Virus record (IMG/VR): IMGVR_UViG_3300005965_000002
Coordinates: 194,581-258,580 of that record
DNA length: 64,000 bases
Direction: 5' to 3' (one strand)
The position numbers and the translations under genes are program-made. The stretch's first letter is position 1; each line of letters starts with the position of its first letter. A model generated the notes under the pieces. The model was not told the origin of the DNA, did not search any database, and worked only from the letters and a program-made list of their open reading frames with translations. Positions 61,410 to 64,000 of this stretch are shown here, piece by piece.

Positions 61410-61874
61410 ATGGGCAACTCTCTTATTAGTGTAGGTGATCTGAAAAGAGAAGAGTATAAAGATGAAATTATACTAACGAAGCATATAGTCTATTTTTGTA
61501 ACTGTTCCTGTATCGATCACCACTCAAGAATCCTGTTTTATAGGGAACTCAGTAAAAAGGGTTATGTTGCTCTCGATGATATCACATGGGAGTTTAACAT
61601 TACTCATTTAGTTGGTCCCAGGATTTGTTATACGACACCGAGCCACGTTCTGGAATTCTTTTCAGTAGCTATAAAGAAACTGTTTGCCAGAGTCGTAGCT
61701 GCCAAAAATATTTTACTCGGGAAACCTGTCCATTTTAATAGCGATATTTGCATAAATACAAAAGAAATGCGTGAAATAATGGATGCAGTGGGTGTCTGTA
61801 CTAAAGAACTGGATGAAGCTCAAGAAAAAATTGCCCAAGAGCTAAAACTTAAAAAAGAGAGTACTAATGTTTAA
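61410..61874 (+). CDS. Hypothetical protein
   Basis: ATG at 61410 after GAGGA; CNCSCxxH cluster. Confidence 0.6.
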   Translation: MGNSLISVGDLKREEYKDEIILTKHIVYFCNCSCIDHHSRILFYRELSKKGYVALDDITWEFNITHLVGPRICYTTPSHVLEFFSVAIKKLFARVVAAKNILLGKPVHFNSDICINTKEMREIMDAVGVCTKELDEAQEKIAQELKLKKESTNV

Positions 61875-62190
61875 AGCAGACACGATAGCCCGAATACATA
61901 AGGTCATTAGGCGTATGGTAAAGGATCACCCGGAATATGCAAGTACTTTAGAATTTGCGGATTTATTTAATACAGAAGACCCAGAAGATTATCAGAGAGT
62001 AAAAAGCGTAACAGATTATTTGAAAAGAAACCTGACGGACGAAGAGATCGAAGTCGCCGCTGAACAAGTTGCTATTAATATGTGCTCTATTTCTGAATTT
62101 GACTCCATTAAGGAGAAAGAAAAGGAATATGAGAAGTTTAAAATATATGTCCGGAATACTATATTATATGGACCCCCGGTGATAAAATAA
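61867..62190 (+). CDS. Hypothetical protein
   Basis: 107 aa; start overlaps the upstream gene's end. Confidence 0.6.
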   Translation: MFKADTIARIHKVIRRMVKDHPEYASTLEFADLFNTEDPEDYQRVKSVTDYLKRNLTDEEIEVAAEQVAINMCSISEFDSIKEKEKEYEKFKIYVRNTILYGPPVIK

Positions 62191-62205
62191 AAAGGAATAT
62201 AGAAT

Positions 62206-63102
62206 ATGTTATTAAAAGATTTAGTGGTATCAGAGTGTAACATTCGAGACGTCGATGTAGAGGTTTTAGATATTGAAGGTTTAAAAGATTCAATTGCATC
62301 TCAGGGCCTTATTAGTAAAATTATATTGAGACCTACTGCTGACGATAAGTATGAGATTATTGCCGGGCAAAGACGTTACTTAGCTCTAAAAGAAATCCAT
62401 GGAGAAGATTATGAGCTCCCAAAAGAATCATATAAGGTTTTTTATACACTCGATGATAGGGATGCAGTCCTGCTTTCTGTGTCGGAGAATACTCAAAGGC
62501 GAGAACTAAGCCCTTTTGAGATGAATAAGGCCGCTCTTAAATTGAACCAGGTAGTGGGGTTATCGGATAAGGATATAGCCAAATATCTTAATATTACCCC
62601 GTATAGATTAAAAAGAATTATCGCTTTGAGTGCCGATAAGAATAAGATGACTGAAGAAATCCGTGAAGAGCTTAAAAAACCTGATAACCAGGCTAAGTTC
62701 AGCGACGCCCATTGGGATAAACTAAAAAATGTGGAAGATAAAGAAACTATTAAAGATGTCTATGAACAGATTGTTGATAAATCCCTTCCTCCTAGAGATG
62801 TCCCGAAAATAATAGGGGCTATTGAAAAGGTCCGAAAGGCTGAAAATAACGCCACACAACCCAATGCCTATTGCTCTGGCAGTACTGACGACGGAGCACC
62901 CGACAACCCTGGGGGTGTAATCCAATATGCCCACAAAGGCGAGCTGTCTTTGGAAGAAAACGGTGACAATAAGATATTGCGAGTAAAAGGCCGGGGAGAA
63001 GATGAGGAAGTACCTATTGACCATTATCTCGAATACTTACGTCATCCTGAGAAATTTAAATGTACAGTTACATTTAGGCTAAAAGTAATTCCCCTTGATT
63101 AA
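62206..63102 (+). CDS. ParB/RepB/Spo0J-like protein
   Basis: LKDSIASQGLISKIILRP...YEIIAGQRRYLA...SENTQRRELSPFE, followed by an HTH. Confidence 0.85.
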   Translation: MLLKDLVVSECNIRDVDVEVLDIEGLKDSIASQGLISKIILRPTADDKYEIIAGQRRYLALKEIHGEDYELPKESYKVFYTLDDRDAVLLSVSENTQRRELSPFEMNKAALKLNQVVGLSDKDIAKYLNITPYRLKRIIALSADKNKMTEEIREELKKPDNQAKFSDAHWDKLKNVEDKETIKDVYEQIVDKSLPPRDVPKIIGAIEKVRKAENNATQPNAYCSGSTDDGAPDNPGGVIQYAHKGELSLEENGDNKILRVKGRGEDEEVPIDHYLEYLRHPEKFKCTVTFRLKVIPLD

Positions 63103-63111
63103 AGCCTCTCA

Positions 63112-63126
63112 TAATTATCTTTTAAT
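63112..63126 (+). promoter_or_regulatory. Candidate late promoter TAATTATCTTTTAAT
   Basis: Recurrent motif at the switch from replication genes back to a structural gene; this copy does not overlap a stop codon. Confidence 0.6.
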
Positions 63127-63129
63127 GTT

Positions 63130-63154
63130 TAATTATCTACGATATAGATAATTA
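63130..63154. repeat. 10-bp inverted repeat TAATTATCTA-CGATA-TAGATAATTA
   Basis: Read directly; each arm is the first 10 bp of the late motif. Confidence 0.8.
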
Positions 63155-63183
63155 TTGCTTTTATTTAATATTGGGAGACTCCC

Positions 63184-64000
63184 ATGGCACAATTTACCTC
63201 TCCATATTCGGATTTAACATACTCGAAGGGACCTAAGACCTTATATTTTAAGGAAGAAGGTGTCTTTGAAGTAGTGCTAAATGTACCCCAAACAGATGAT
63301 GACGATGAATGGGGTCGTACACTAATTATAGGTCAGCGCCAGACTATTGATAAAGTGACTGATATTCTTGTTGACCTATACGGTATTGATGGCACCTATG
63401 GTATCGATGCTGACGTAACTGCATTAAAAAAAGTAGTTAAGCTCAATAACGCTGTCTACACAGAAGGAACAACATCCGGGGTAGAACTGAGTATTGGTGA
63501 TACTGTTATTGAACATGATTCCGCTGTTTTTGGGGGGTCCTTAAGTGTGTCCGGTGATTCTGCTTTGGCTGGTAGCTTGTCCGTAGTAAGTGATTTCTCT
63601 GTTGGTGGTGACATCAACCAAAACCCAATTGGTACGAACGCTAAATTAAGTGCAATACAAGCTAACGGTTTAGTAGTTTGTGGTACAGTTTACGTACAAG
63701 CGGGGGATACTGGAGGAGGTAGCCTTACTACTACTTCGAGCATTTCAGCCGGTAGCTTGTCTGTCACGGGCACTACCACCCTTAATGAAATCGAAGCAGG
63801 CAGTCTAAAAGTATCAGGTGATACCACTTTTGATGGAACTCTTAGTGTAGCGCGTAACGTATACATTGGTGGTGACATCAACCAAAACCCAATTGGTACG
63901 AACGCTAAATTAGGTGCAATACAAGCTAACGGTTTAGTAGTTTGTGGTACAGTTTACGTACAAGCGGGGGATACTGGAGGAGGTAGCCTTACTACTACTT
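63184..64000 (+). CDS. Fibre-like structural protein with Gly/Ser/Thr beta-repeats, 3'-truncated (absent from the ORF track)
   Basis: GGGAG RBS and ATG 63184; MAQFTSPYSD...GSLSVSGDSALAGSLSV... open to the window end. Confidence 0.8.
   Translation, partial: MAQFTSPYSDLTYSKGPKTLYFKEEGVFEVVLNVPQTDDDDEWGRTLIIGQRQTIDKVTDILVDLYGIDGTYGIDADVTALKKVVKLNNAVYTEGTTSGVELSIGDTVIEHDSAVFGGSLSVSGDSALAGSLSVVSDFSVGGDINQNPIGTNAKLSAIQANGLVVCGTVYVQAGDTGGGSLTTTSSISAGSLSVTGTTTLNEIEAGSLKVSGDTTFDGTLSVARNVYIGGDINQNPIGTNAKLGAIQANGLVVCGTVYVQAGDTGGGSLTTT
63602..64000 (+). repeat. Direct repeat with 264-bp period: 63602-63736 matches 63866-64000 with one mismatch
   Basis: Read directly; the second copy is cut by the window edge. 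Confidence 0.95.

Noticed and set aside
3279-63881. Short minus-strand and alternate-frame ORFs in the track
   Set aside because: They lie within long, motif-bearing + strand genes and have no recognisable features; treated as shadow ORFs.
63602-64000. DGR template/variable repeat pair
   Set aside because: Only one mismatch, both copies are in-frame in one ORF, and there is no reverse transcriptase in the window.
1-64000. CRISPR array, tRNA/rRNA, IS element or integrase
   Set aside because: No repeat-spacer pattern seen, intergenic gaps are short and lack cloverleaf features, and no transposase or integrase motifs were recognised.

Overview
A 64-kb, AT-rich, densely coding segment of a large, probably jumbo, contractile-tailed dsDNA phage. 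All credible genes are on the + strand and read in the standard code. 1-46.8 kb is a virion module: baseplate genes (gp25-like, baseplate J-like, gpI-like wedge), two paralogous DUF4815-like proteins, and a ~19-kb fibre/appendage island. The island holds collagen, PKD, beta-helix and LamG proteins, with an atypical small glycosyltransferase embedded in it. 47-63.1 kb is a replication and host-takeover module: SNF2 helicase, degenerate DnaC-like protein, DnaB, stand-alone primase-type Zn finger, PolA with a LAGLIDADG intein, sigma-like factor, Apyc1-like metallo-beta-lactamase, a frameshifted NDT-like gene, DUF932-like protein, NAD-dependent ligase and ParB-like protein. A repetitive fibre gene starts at 63184 and runs off the end. 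Best candidates for new biology: (1) three paralogous collagen proteins with equal-length, in-register triple-helix segments (possible glycosylated heterotrimeric viral collagen); (2) a LamG domain apparently split across two genes flanking the glycosyltransferase; (3) a recurrent W-D-x(4)-GPW module; (4) a conserved TAATWATCTWHTAAT motif upstream of structural genes, with a phage sigma-like factor as candidate reader. No capsid, terminase, sheath, tRNA or CRISPR was seen. Family assignments are by eye from motifs; no searches were run.
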